Source: Lingula anatina (Eukaryota; Animalia; Brachiopoda). Taken from it: DNA of 64,000 nt. The stretch lies in assembly GCA_051362555.1 (NCBI GenBank), contig CM120643.1, positions 17,054,848-17,118,847 on the forward strand, written 5' to 3'. A model generated the notes under the pieces. The model did no database searches. It was not told the origin of the DNA and was given only the letters and a program-made list of their open reading frames with translations. This document shows, in pieces, positions 9,366 to 22,500 of the stretch. Numbering within the stretch: position 1 is the stretch's first letter; the number at the start of each line of letters is the position of its first letter. Both the position numbers and the translations under genes were made by a program.

Positions 9366-12289
9366 AATTGTACCACCAGCGTTAGCGCTGGCGGTGCACA
9401 TGGTTTCGGTCCCGTCCGGATCGTTCCGCCGGCTCCGCCGGCTCCGTTGGCTCCGCCGGCTCCGCCGGACGACTACCGTTACCGCTTCTCCTCCTAGACG
9501 GTAAGGGCCCCCGTACCCATCTCATGGATTTAGGTCACCTATAATCTCAACTCGTTCCACGTAAAATTTGGGCTTTGTCGGTATTGGGGTCTGGGTGTGG
9601 CACTCATTGCAATGCACCCTTGTCTAAAAATGGCAAAATTAAATGCTAATTATCTACCCTACGGAAGGAGTTATGGGAAAAATTTCTATAGACGGCTTTC
9701 CAAAAGTCATATGTGTAGATTTCAAATATACCCTTGGATTTGACCTTTGACCTTTACTTCAAGGTCAAATGGGCCAAAATTTTCAAAAAAATGAAATTTT
9801 TTACGAAAAAAAATTTTTTTGCCCTGTTATTCAGACACCACACAGACTTAACCAATAATATTATTGGAAGGTGTTACCCTTCAGGTCATCTTTCATCTCC
9901 ATGAATTTGGGGTCAATCGGTGCATTTTCACGGGAGTAGCGGCCATAAGATACCGAAACTGAAAACTGTCTCTAATTCGGGAACCGTTAATGCTAGAGAC
10001 CCATTCTTTTTTGCATTTTGTAGAGCATGTAAAGCCCAACACTGGAGGTGGTCTCGGTTTTTTTTTGTATTCCATACGGTTTTCGAGTTACGCTGTATCA
10101 AAAAGTACATATTGGTGGTAAAAGCAAAATGTGCAGTACGGTAATGGATAATAAATTTTGAACTCTGGAAAAATAAAACATAAGGCTTGGCAAAGCAGAC
10201 AACTTGTGTTCAAAAATGACATTATTTCATCAAATTTGAACTTCTGAAACTTCAGAGCACCTCCTATTTCAAGAATTTTGACCAAAATGACATTTTCTTT
10301 ATTTTAATTAATTTTTTTCTGTACGAAATTTAAGGCACATTATGGTAACTCCAAAATTATAACATTTAGTCCCTTATATCTCCAAAACTGGCAGAGATAG
10401 GTCCATAGTTACTATTGAAGTTGAATAGGAAGTCATATACTGGCAATCTTACTATGACCTTGAAAGTGACCTTTGACCTACTTTTCACCATGAACTGAAC
10501 TTTGCAAATTTTTCTTCCCTTTTATCTCCAAAACTGGCAGAGATAGGTCCATAGTTACTATTGAAGTTGAATAGGAAGTCATATACTGGCAATCTTACTA
10601 TGACTTTGAAAGTGACCTTTGACCTACTTTTCACCATGAACTGAACTTTGCAAATTTTTTTTCCCTTTTATCTCCAAAACTGGCAGAGATAGGTCCATAG
10701 TTACTATTGAACTTGAATAGGAAGTCATATACTGGCAATTTAAATGTGACCTTAAAATTGACCTTTGACCTACTTTTCACCATAAACTGAACTTTGCAAA
10801 ATTTGCTTTCCTTTTATCTCCAAAACTGGCAGAGATAGGTCCATAGTTACTATTGAACTTGAATAGGAAGTCATATACTGGCAATCTAAATGTGACCTTA
10901 AAATTGACCTTTGACCTACTTTACACCATGAACTGAATTTTGCAAATTTTGCTTTCCTTTTATCTCCAAAACTGGCTGAGATAGGTCCATAGTTACTATT
11001 GAACTTGAATAGGAAGTCATATACTGGCAATCTAAATGTGACCTTAAAATTGACCTTTGACCTACTTTACACCATGAACTGAATTTTGCAAATTTTGCTT
11101 TCCTTTTATCTCCAAAACTGGCTGAGATAGGTCCGTAGTTACTATTGAACTTGAATAGGAAGTCATATACTGGCAATCTAAATGTGACCTCAAAATTGAC
11201 CTTTGACCTACTTTTCACCATAAACTGAACTTTGCAAATTTTGCTTCCCTTTTATCTCCAAAACTGGCAGAGATAGTTCCATAGTTACTATTGAACTTTA
11301 AAAGGAAGTCATATACTGGCAATCTAAATGTGACCTTGAAATTGACCTTTGACCTACTTTTCACCATGAACTGAATTTTGCAAATTTTGCTTCCCTTTTA
11401 TCTCCAAAACTGGCTGAGATAGGTCCATAGTTACTATTGAACTTGAATAGGAAGTCATATACTGGCAATCTAAATGTGACCTTGAAATTGACCTTTGACC
11501 TACTTTTCACCATGAACTGAACTTTGCAAATTTTGCTTTCCTTTTATCTCCAAAACTGGCAGAGATAGGTCCATAGTTACTATTGAACTTGAAAAGGAAG
11601 TCATATACTGGCAATCTAAATGTGACCTTAAAATTGACCTTTGACCTACTTTACACCATAAACTGAATTTTGCAAATTTTGCTTTCCTTTTATCTCCAAA
11701 ACTGGCTGAGATAGGTCCGTAGTTACTATTGAACTTGAATAGGAAGTCATATACTGGCATTATAAATGTGACATTAAAATTGACCTTTGTCCTACTTTTC
11801 ACCATAAACTGAACTTTGCAAATTTTGCTTCCCTTTTATCTCCAAAACTGGCAGAGATAAGTCCATAGTTACTATTGAACTTGAATAGAAAGTCATATAC
11901 TGGCAATCTAAATGTGACCTTGAAATTGACCTTTGACCTACTTTTTATCATGAACTGAACTCTGCTAATTTCTTTCTCTTTTAACTTCAAACTTGACAGA
12001 GATAGGTCCATAGTTACTCTTGAACTTGAATAGGAAGTCATATACTGGCAATTTACTGTGACCTTGAAATTGACCCTTGACCTACCTTACGAAGAACTTA
12101 AATTTGATTGTACCATGTATATTTTTTGCAATAGTTTAAAAATTCTTGTTGATTGCATTTTTACAGCTTGTCAAGCACAAAACTGGTGGCTGTGTCCCTT
12201 ATTTTGTGTATGTGGGGGTCTATACGAATGCGCTTGCTCCAGCTGGTGGTACAATAATCGGAGGCAGTATCGCCTCTCTGATCCTCTAG
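9366..12289 (+). mobile_element. Non-autonomous Helitron/Helentron-associated (HINE/DINE-1-like) element with internal satellite
   Basis: Subterminal inverted repeat ATTGTACCACCAGC (9367-9380) / GCTGGTGGTACAAT (12242-12255); 5' hairpin; (CCGCCGGCT)n short repeat near the 5' end; 3' hairpin GAGGC-AGTATC-GCCTC followed by CTAG. Confidence 0.7.
10372..12083. repeat. Tandem satellite, ~146-bp unit, ~11.7 copies
   Basis: Unit TATCTCCAAAACTGGCAGAGATAGGTCCATAGTTACTATTGAACTTGAATAGGAAGTCATATACTGGCAATCTAAATGTGACCTT... recurs at ~146-bp spacing. Confidence 0.95.
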
Positions 12290-13047
12290 TTAAGGCTGAT
12301 TTTATCTTGTAACTAGTTAAACAGCGGCTTATTACAAAGGCCTGTTAAGGCAATGATCCAGGTGAATGATGCAACCTGTCAGACACAAAAGGTCAAGCAT
12401 CGTCTTTCAGAATTCTACTGTAAAATTCTCGATCACAGATAACGATCAAAAGTTAAAACCGGTTTTGTCTCTTAACCAGGTGTGCAGCGGCTAATTACAA
12501 AGGCATGTAAAGGAAATTAACCAGGTAAATAACTCTTCACTGACACAAGTGGTCAAGCACCGTCTATGATATCTGTGGACAAAGTCTGCCAACTTTTACA
12601 TAGAAGTCAATGTGATCCGCCATGTTGCCCGCATTGTTTTACCCCAAATGCCAGTTGCTAAGGCGTGTGACGTCAGCCCGACTGTCCCTGTGAAGACCCC
12701 AAACTACACACAGTACCACACGAGGAATAATTTAAGTTTTCCAGAAAGGATTATTTTTCACCGAAATTTTTTATCACAGTTATGTGTTAATATTGTGAGA
12801 AGTGTATCAGATACTTAATTTTAATCGTCACTTAAACGACTACCGAAATATCACATATCCGGATGTTGTAAAACTCACTCCATTTTGAAACTATTAAAGT
12901 ATAGGCGCGTGTTAGAGCTCAGCAAAATGGCTACCACCACGCAAGTTTGGTCAATGTAACTGCGGATTTTATAAATCCACATTCCCATGTTTACCTGTAT
13001 TTAACAGCTGATTATAAGAGATCCAGGAGAAGTACTATAAGGGAGAG

Positions 13048-14134
13048 ATGGCGCTACTTGGCACTGGGCTCGGGGTGAGATATTTGAATTTGCTCTTTTG
13101 GTGTTGCCGATCTGTTGTGCCATGGAATGGTTGTGCCTAGTAGAGGGTTTTGTGTCACCTTTATGTCACTATAAAGTATAGTACTATACTAGTCGCTGCC
13201 TATTCGGTACCAGGAATTCAACAAAATGAGGGGTTTTACGTGTGTGTGTGAAGGGGGTAGTACATCACTTACATGTTATGATGTATTTTATTTATTGGCT
13301 GCAAAGGAAAAAAATCCTTCATTTACCTTTAATTACTTCGTCTGCCCATGATTTTGTATGAATATTTATCAAAGGCGTCATATATTTCTTTTCTAGATGA
13401 GCTCCATGCTGACTGCTCTTACTCGCAGTACATTTTCTATACCACCTCAATGCCTTCGGATGTGTAACTACAGATGGGTCCGTACCAGCGTTACCACAGC
13501 AGGTGCTCCACAGTTATATACAAGGAGAATGAGACCTTCCGGTAATAATCCATCTTCAGATGATTTGATACCACAATGGAGTCTTACTCAAAATCAGCAA
13601 GTTCGTTGGTATTCCAGCACGGATGACTTGGATAAAAGAGCTGAAAAGTCTCGAGGGATGTCTGTGTATAAGGGAACTTTGGATGGTGCTGTCATAGTAA
13701 TGAAGGGTGCCTGTGTTGTTGTCCCTCTTACCTTGACTGGGGCATGTGCAGCATTAGTAATCCAACCAGAAATTTCACTATTTGTGAAGATATGTTCATT
13801 GGTGTTTATGATCGAGGTCCCTATTGTTACAAAAGCTATTGTTAGAGCATTGACAAATTATGTGACACAGTTGTATTTTAATCCAAGCACCAAGCAGTTT
13901 ACAGCAGTTACATTTTCGCCCAAACATAAAAAGGAGTATACAACTTTCATGTCATCCGACATAGTCAGAAACTTTGGTTTTGAACATTTAACAAATCTCA
14001 AAGTAAAGGATAAAAATCTTTTCATTAATTTTGATGATGTTCACTCCAGAGAGGCATATTTTCTTCTTACTGGACAGAAAAAGCCATCTATCTTTGATAG
14101 ACCAGATAAAAAACAGGGTCCCTTTTCAAACTAA
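13048..14134 (+). CDS. TMEM70-like cassette C (putative first exon 13048-13074 plus main exon 13397-14134)
   Basis: MALLGTGLG|GTGAGA donor (phase 0) and acceptor TTTCTTTTCTAG|ATG; R/S/T-rich presequence ending VRWYSS; SVYKG motif, two TM helices, YVTQLYFNPSTKQFTAVTFS. Confidence 0.75.
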
Positions 14135-14518
14135 TTACAGTAGCAGAATTATAAATTAAAAATGGGAATGATACAAGTATTGAGGCAGTTTGCTTTGTTT
14201 GTAGTCAATTGTTTTATTAAGACATATTTAAAGGCCATAGGAGACAAGGTAACTGGAATTAAAAGTTGTAGCTTGTATGTTTACATGACTGGTATATATA
14301 CATATATTCAGATTGTTCAGCCAACAGCTTTATTTTCAAATAGTGTTTTGTGGCTATCCAGATTTTGCTGAAAATGCCGATGTTGAATTAATATTCACAC
14401 AGGAGAGGAGAGTTTTAAATTGACTCTTCTTCAAAATGGTCAACTATTTTTGATCATCTTACTGAAGTTTTGAATGGCTAAAACCTATAAAAATTCCAGC
14501 CACCTTCTGTCCTTTCAG

Positions 14519-15138
14519 GCTCACTGGATAATAACCAGATAGTAAATCAAGAGAGTGTTCGTCCTTCGTCTTCTCCACTTCACCAAGTCCGCCATTTGTT
14601 TTCCAACTCTCACTCTGTGCCTGCATCAGCAGTGTGTGTATATGATGGAAAACTCACCCAAGCCTTCAGAAATGGCCTCCGTTATAGTTATTACCCACTG
14701 GGGATCATGGCAACATTGAGACTTGTGTCCCTTCTTGATGCAGAGACAGAAGTTATGGAAGTTTCAACAATGTTATTGTCACTTTTTGCCTGCTGGTTAC
14801 CACTGGTAACCTATAGGTATTTAAAACGTTACGTCACAGAGTTGTACTTTGAACCTGAAACAGAGAACTTTACTGCAGTGACAATGACTCCCTTTGGTCA
14901 CAGAAAAAGTGTTTCTTTCACACCCCAGGATGTCCAAATAACAAAAGGATTGATGACGAGTATGGTATTGGTTGGGAAGAGATACTATGTTGAGGAGAAA
15001 TTGATTAGAAACAGAGCTGCTGTCATGGCATTACTGGGACGGGAGGAGGGTATACAGACTTGGAATGATGGAACAAAAGATCGACTGGCCTGGCAGCACT
15101 ACAAAACCATCAATGAGCAGTTTAAGAAGAGCAGATGA
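14519..15138 (+). CDS. TMEM70-like cassette D (terminal exon with no ATG or leader of its own)
   Basis: Acceptor CCTTCTGTCCTTTCAG|, phase 1, frame open from 14519; VRHLFS, CVYDG, two TM helices, YVTELYFEPETENFTAVTMT...FTPQDV; AATAAA at ~15220. Confidence 0.78.
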
Positions 15139-15453
15139 TTGGGTCTTAAAAGTGAACAACTGGACAGGAGTCTTTATAAATTAAATGTACACTAAACAAT
15201 GTAAAACACTCATTTTCAAAATAAAAAGATATTGTCTTTGGACATCACTTTGTCTAGTTTTTTTTTTTTTTTTTTTTTTGCACACCGCAATGAAGAACTG
15301 GGACCTATGGTCTCTGATCCTATATTTCAAGACTATGTGCAAAAAGAGGAAGTTGAAAATGGGTGCAGGTAATGATCCTCAGTTTGTTTAGTTAAGGTGT
15401 ATGGATTCTTTGTAATAGAACCAGTTCCACTGCTGTATTAAAATACTTGAGTC

Positions 15454-15528
15454 ATTTTTTTTTTCTTTATTATTATTATTATTATTATTTATTATTATTA
15501 TTATTTTATTTATTATTTTTTTTTTTTT
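15454..15528. repeat. (ATT)n / poly-T low-complexity tract
   Basis: Direct reading. Confidence 0.85.
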
Positions 15529-16084
15529 GGTAAAATGGTAAAAGCAACATAACACACACAAGTTTTATTCAGCAATTTTTCTTTTCTTTTCTTTAAATAC
15601 CAGTAATTTCAACGTCTGCTATAATTCTTTGAGCTCTACCACATGATAGAACTTTTCAAAGATCATTCCACTCAGTGCTGGTAAAACTGGATTTACCTAA
15701 AAAAAAGGCTAACAATGGGCTTTAGGCCATTATATTAGCAAATAAATCCTGAAATTTTCAGTAATATTCCCTTTCTCATCAAGGTACAATATTTTTATAC
15801 CTTTTAAACAGCCACAATCCACAAACATTTTAGATGTTAAATTCTAACATTTCTATTATGAGTAAAATTCACCAGCCTCCACCTCAATCACATGACTAAA
15901 ATTTAAAAACTGGTGAATGATTCTTAGTTTTGCCAACTTTGAACCTGAAACAGAGAACTTGAGATATGCTGGTTTATCATGGTGATTAAGGGAAAATATT
16001 GACACTTACAGACAAAAAAAAAAATTTTGTTGTACCAAGTTCAGGTCTCATAAGCAATAATTGCCAAGTGCTAACGTGAGCCTT

Positions 16085-16440
16085 AGATTTGGGAGCACAA
16101 ATGCACAAATTAATGACACCAGCCACAAATTATGTACCCTAACGTAAAATCAGTTTCCACAAACCCAGCTTTTGATATCAAACAATTTGGCCAGCTTCCA
16201 TCCAGGTCTCTGGCTGTATACATAGGCTCCCTCAAGGTTCTTTTTATCAACCATACTGTATGTTAATAAGGCAGCAATGCATCTTGACAGTCTACGGCTC
16301 ATTGGAAATGTACCGAACAGGTGAATGAGCAAATAATCAGTTCATGTTATCTAACACTGGGCTTGTGGCAACTAATTTTACATTGGGGTACTTAATTTGT
16401 GGCTTGAATCGTGAATTTGAGCCTTTGTGCACACAAATCT
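16085..16440. mobile_element. Fold-back MITE
   Basis: AGATTTGGGAGCACAAA...AGCCACAAATTATGTACCC...CCACAAACCCAG versus CTGGGCTTGTGG...GGGTACTTAATTTGTGGCT...TTTGTGCACACAAATCT. Confidence 0.65.
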
Positions 16441-16542
16441 GAAGCCCGTTTATAGGACGCATTGCATGACTGGCAGCACAGTCTGCTCAATGACAACAAC
16501 TTGCAAACATGTTGAATCATAAAAATGTTTCAATGAGACCAT

Positions 16543-17696
16543 CTATGACGCAGTGCTGTTCTTGTCATTATTATTTGAACCATGTATCTTGTCTCCAAGA
16601 AAGGCCTCCTGCTGATCTTTTATTTTCCAAGGGACAACTGCTTTAGGTCCATTCGGATCCTTCCCCTCCCTTATATACTGTAAACGAACTTTCTCCGCAA
16701 TTTCTTGTGATTTTTGTGCTCTGGCCTTCCTTTTTTCTATGGTCTGCAAATTATACACATCAAAGTTTAATAATAATAATTATAACTATTAATATAGGTA
16801 ACCCAAAAATGTACTTGCTTTGTGACTGCCCACTATATATTTAAAAAGTGTTGCATATTCTTTTAAAAAACATAAAATACATAAAAACCAGTATAAAATA
16901 AACTACCAATTAAAAGATATATAAATATTATATAAATTTCTTAACATAAGAGCAATCCTATTGAGTGGTGGCAACAAAATTGAAAAGCAGACTACCTGAT
17001 AGCTCTATTCTATGCATTAAAACCACCACAACTGCTATACAAAAATATAATTTTTATGGTTTTCAAATGATGTATCTGAAAGTTAGAAAATTTTTGCCCA
17101 CTGAAAATATCGAGTCATTACTGTACTATCAAGTGGGTCAGCCATATTTGATACAATCATCTGTTACTGTGGATCAACTTTGGTTGTGAATTCTGCCTAT
17201 AACAGTATAATGACCTCTTTTTCAAAACACCTGACCATTTTCCTCTGTAGCCTCTGACAGGCACCAGTTAAGTGTCCAACAATAAACTGAAATGTAAACA
17301 AAAAATTTTTCCATCTCTGTGCCATAACTATTATAGTAAAATTACTTAATATATCAAAATGCACAAATATATATCAAAAGAATAGCATCTTATGATGTGC
17401 TATGTATTTTGATATGAGCAATTTTACTATAAGTTGGAATGGATAAGAACATAATGTCAATTTTTGGACTGTCGAGACACATTTGAGAGTTAAGGTTTCT
17501 CACTATTCTTACCATCTGACATATTCCAACACATCAAATTAATTGTCAAAAATCCATTAAGATAGGAATTAAGATCTGACAACATATATGGATGTGTAAT
17601 TATATAGCAGCTCACATTTTCCCTGCATTCTTGGTATTCCTTTATTATTTCAACACACTCTGGAGTATGAAAGTTTGGGTTCCTGCTTTTGTTCAT
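16543..17696 (-). CDS. CMC2: COX assembly mitochondrial protein 2 homolog (twin CX9C); exons 17696-17616, 17286-17215, 16743-16543
   Basis: MNKSRNPNFHTPECVEIIKEYQECREN|FIVGHLTGACQRLQRKMVRCFEKE|TIEKRKARAQ...; two CX9C motifs; HT.EC as in CMC2; GT-AG, phase-0 junctions. Confidence 0.88.
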
Positions 17697-19523
17697 TTTG
17701 CATAAAATGACACAGTAGGGTGGCACTTGGAGACCACGGCTACAAGTTTTTTCTTCTAAGAAAGAAGATGGTTTGGTCTAATGGAAAACTTCCTATTTCC
17801 TCGGACAGCTAGTAACTATCTGAAATTAATGCAACTTTCATGAATATCAGTTGAATTGGATATTTTTCAATAAGGCTTCATTTTTTTTATAGAATTTTAC
17901 TGTGGCTTACCAGTATTTACAAATTCACAACGAAATATCAGTCTACTGAAAATGTTGCCCTGGAAGGTACTCATTGATAAACAGACAGTCATGACAGTAT
18001 TCCACCATAGAGAGGTCTGTAGCCAGCCATTTCAAAGAGAAAGGGGAGGAGGGGGTATTTGCTGCAAAAGTAGACCTTTAAACCATGACATAAATCCTAC
18101 ATCAAATTTCGACTTTTTCTTAACCTAAAGAGCTGTTCATTCTAAACTGCCTCCACAGTATTTTGTAAAAAAAAAAAAAAAAAACATTGCCCTGTAGAAA
18201 AAATTCCAATAATCCCCTAGTTTCTGTGACGAATTCTCAGATTTCCCGTCATTCTACTAATTACTTTGTATATTTCACCCTGTTAAAAAAGTTAAATGAA
18301 CATAGAATTTATCAATTGCACCGTTCTGTTCTGTTTATAGATGACATTGGAATATTCAGTGATATTCACGTGACTAACAAAAAGCAACAAAGCTACGCAC
18401 GTACACAGTTGATCACTTTATTACCTCCTTAAAAATACATATTTACTAATAAGCTATATAAAATGGAAAACAGTTTAAGCATAATATCAAATATGCACTA
18501 AGTATAGGGTTACAAACAATGAATATCTATAACAGTATCGATTGAAATATACCTATAAGCATAAGACTTTTGTAATCAAACAATTTTCACACAAAAGTAA
18601 ATAAACCACTTCTGAACTTGAACTTGCCTAAGGACAAGTGATTTTTTAAATCTTATTTTCACTACTTTTACCAAATATTTTTCAACAGATAAATGCCATG
18701 GTGGATAACCTAATTTATCACCTTCTGGCCAGCCTCGCCACCTATCAGCATTCTTGACAGTTTTAAATTGCTTACACAACCAAGTAGTGGGTACTCAGAT
18801 GGCAGACTTTGACAAACCCACTCCCCAGCTTGGGATTAATGGTTGGTAGGTCGGAAAAATTACTGCTAGAAAAAATTGATTTAAATGAGTTTTTCCCAGG
18901 ATAAGGATTGCCCATTTCAAAATGAAAAAAAAAAAAAAAAAAAAAAACAGATGAAAAGTATACATACTATAAAGAAATAAATAAAAATTAAAAAATAAAC
19001 TAAATTTTGTTATTATAAATCAACTAGCCTTTGAGAAATACAATGACAATACATATTTGTGGCATCTATGATCAATCTGAAAATGCAACTTGTTATCATG
19101 TCTCCTCAATAGATTGTCTTATCATAAAAGTAAAGAGTATACTGGTATATTAAATACATGTGTACAGCAGTAAACAACAACATCTCTTACTGACAATAAT
19201 GATTGGATGAAAGGTCCATCAGCTTTTATAGTTTTTATAGGAACCTTTAAAGGTTGATGGACTGTCACATAAAACAATACAAACAGGACCATAAAGTGTA
19301 TAATAAAAAAAGGTCAACACAAGAAACTTTTTAGTATTATTGTGATACACAAATTTAGATATGAAAAATTGCAAACCTTATTCAGAGATCCACCAGGAGA
19401 ACGCTATTATTTGGTTAGAAAAAAATTCTGAAGCTGTCTTCATACTATACTTATAATACCCCATAATAATAATAAAATACAATCATCTCACTATGTTAAG
19501 AAATCCATCAATAATCTATATGA

Positions 19524-22500
19524 TCATCTGTACAGTGCATATGTAGGTAAGGTAGTGTGAAGTATTTGAGTTGCTCCATTTTGTGGTGGGTGTGGTGCTA
19601 TGACAGCAAAGGTGGTAGAAGTGTTAGAGGTACATGTCACAGGCCCAGTGTACTTCTCATGCAGGGCTGCATGCTTTAGCATATCAGATTTCTGGGTGAA
19701 TTTTCTGTCACATAAGGCACATGGGAATGGCTTTATACCATCATGAATCAGTCTGTGTCTCTTTAGATGGGTTGATGATGAAAAGACTTTCTCACAAATA
19801 GGGCATCTATGTTTGAAGTGTTCTCCTGTATGAATCATTTCATGCCGGCGACACTTGTACTGGTCAAAAAATCCTTTTCCACATTGCGTACAAAAATACT
19901 TTATTTCACGTGAATTGTCATGTATTTCTGTGTGTCTACGTAAACAAGCATAGCTCTTAAAACCCTGTCCACAAACTTCACACAGGTGTGTGCGTTTGTT
20001 TGTGTGCGACATCCAATGGCTGCGGAGCATGGACATCATCCGGAAAACACGCCCACAGCGTGTGCACACATACGACGATTTCCAACCAGGTGGGAGGATG
20101 TAACGATATGTGTGCCCAACATCTGGCTCTTCTTTGGTTGGTTGTCCAATCAGATCAGGAAGGACAACAGTCTGTTCTCCCTTTGGGGCCGTGCCATCAG
20201 CTAGCTGGGTGAATGGCCCTGTGGGTTGCTCCAGCTGTTCTGGCATGTTATAAATTTGTGCTGGCTTTCTTATGTTTCTTTTCTTCGGTTTCTTCAGCTT
20301 GATGCACAGAAGAAGAACATTATGACCTTCCATCATAGCGTATGATGCGCAGATCCTGACATCCTCCTGCTTTGTATAACAGATAATAGGTGTTTCGTCA
20401 TTTTCATCAGGCTGCTGCCCGTTTTTTGCTATGGCAGTCAGGGTGACAACCTCTAGTTCATCACTTACTTCATCTTCCTCTTCTTCATCCTCCACAACTG
20501 AAGATTCCCTTCGTGACTTAACAGGCCTAATTGGGATACCCTGTTGGCGCCTTTTCTTGACACTCTTTTTTCCAGGTTGTACTGGTATCTCTTGGCTAGG
20601 CCCAGGTGCTATGTCACCCATTGGTAATGTAATAATATCCACGCCCACATTGTGTTGTAGAAGCTGGAGCTGTGTTGTACCAGATTGTGTTAAGTGCACC
20701 CCTGGTTGTGCTAATTGTGACGTTTGAGCTGTGGAAACTGGAGTAGCCTCCTGATATCTCTGACTGGAATCTTCCATTACGGCCTGGATGTGGTCAAAGG
20801 AGACAGGGTTCAAGTTGGCAAACTGACTGCCCTGATCAGTGCTCTGGCCAGACCCTAGTGCTGGGAGGAGGTCACTCATCGGTCGAACTGGTTGCTGCTG
20901 TTGCAGTTCCCCCACCATACCAGATTGAAACTGTGAATAAGTGCCTGTCGCCATCTCAAACTGTCCTTGGCCTAACGATTGTGCAATACCAGGATACATC
21001 TGGCTTGCAGGCACACTATCAACTGTCGCAGCACTATAAGGAACCTGCTGGGCTTGTACTCCCATAGTATGCTGTTGAGATTGCGACTGATCCTGTCGAG
21101 ATGTAGGGGTGCTGCCTTCACTCAAACTTTGCAAGTATCTGAGTGCGATGTCCACAGCATTGGCAGACTGAGTCTGCATGTTGTCATTATAGCTGAAGTC
21201 TGCTCGGCCCCTCGCATCACCGGGATACAAATAATAGTGGTGTCCCGCTTGTGTGTAGATGTGATCATAGTCTCCTCGAGCATAAGCTAAAGCTGCCTGA
21301 AGGGAGTCCTCCCCACTCACAGCCTGTTGTTGTCCTGCATACTGGCCTGAAGACATTGGGACAATGGGGGGAACTATGGAAGTGCTCAGGCTCTCTGAAG
21401 ACACAGGCAGATATGCTGTTGGTTGCTGCTGCTGTTGACAAGACAATGACAACTGTTGTGGAGGTTGTAACTGTTGCTGCACCTCTGTTGACACTTGTTG
21501 CTGCTGTTTTGCTGTTGTTGATGCTGAAGCATGAGATTGTGTTGCCAGTACTGATAGGGTGGGAGGTGCCTGGTTTGCTGAAACTTGTTGCTGAAGTAGC
21601 TGTTGCTGATGTATTGCAGGAGACTGGTTAGCTTGTGAGACAGTTGGCACCCCGCCAAGTAAACTGACCGCCATATTACTACCATCACTCTCCATTTCAG
21701 GCCCAATGCCCTGACTCTCAGCTGCCTGGCGAATGATATTACTGATGTCACTGCTGCCCCCCGTCTGTAAGGAAACCTCATTTTGGTTTGCTGAGACAAT
21801 TTTACACAGGACCTGCTCTCCATTCATCTCCACCACAGCATACTGATCTTCTCTTGCCTGTGGTTCTTTTGGTTTTGTTCCACTGGATGTGTTTCCTACT
21901 GCAGAAAGCTGGCCACCTTTATTGGCAATATTGTCCTTTAGGGGTAAATTGCAAGGCTCTTCCTCTGATACCAGTGCCCCCAGCTGGGATCTGCTAGGTT
22001 CTCCCCTCAGGACCCATGGCTCAGGGAACCCCTTCATGATTTCCTTGGGGAGTGCCTCCATCAGCAGCTCATAGTAGTTATCACTGTAGTAATATCTCAG
22101 TTCCTCCCCTTCTTCAATATCCCGCGTGGTGACAAAGAAGATATCGGACTCATACTGGAAGGCAACAATGTTTTGATCTTTGATATCAGTAGTTCTTCTA
22201 ATGAACATGATCCAATTGCAGGCCTCGACATCATTGGCTTCCAGACAGAGAGGATTGCCAGTATCCCGAAACAACAGCCATTTGGATGTCAAATCAAAGT
22301 TTGTTGGAAAGGAAATATATTTCCCTTCCAGAGGTCCAAACCTGAAGCTCTTCTGAACTTTCCTAATGGCAAAAACACCAACAACATCCTCCTGCTTGGG
22401 TCCATATTTACTCTTCTTTTTAGGGTTAATGTTTCTGATGGTCAGAACTCGGGGCAGAGTTGCATAAGCCTTGAGCTGACGGCGGTCTGGGATGACCTGA

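Noticed and set aside
10372-12083. CRISPR-like array or repeated protein ORFs (MPVYDFLFKF...)
   Set aside because: Contiguous 146-bp tandem units without unique spacers, no cas genes, eukaryotic context; the ORFs are by-products of the repeat
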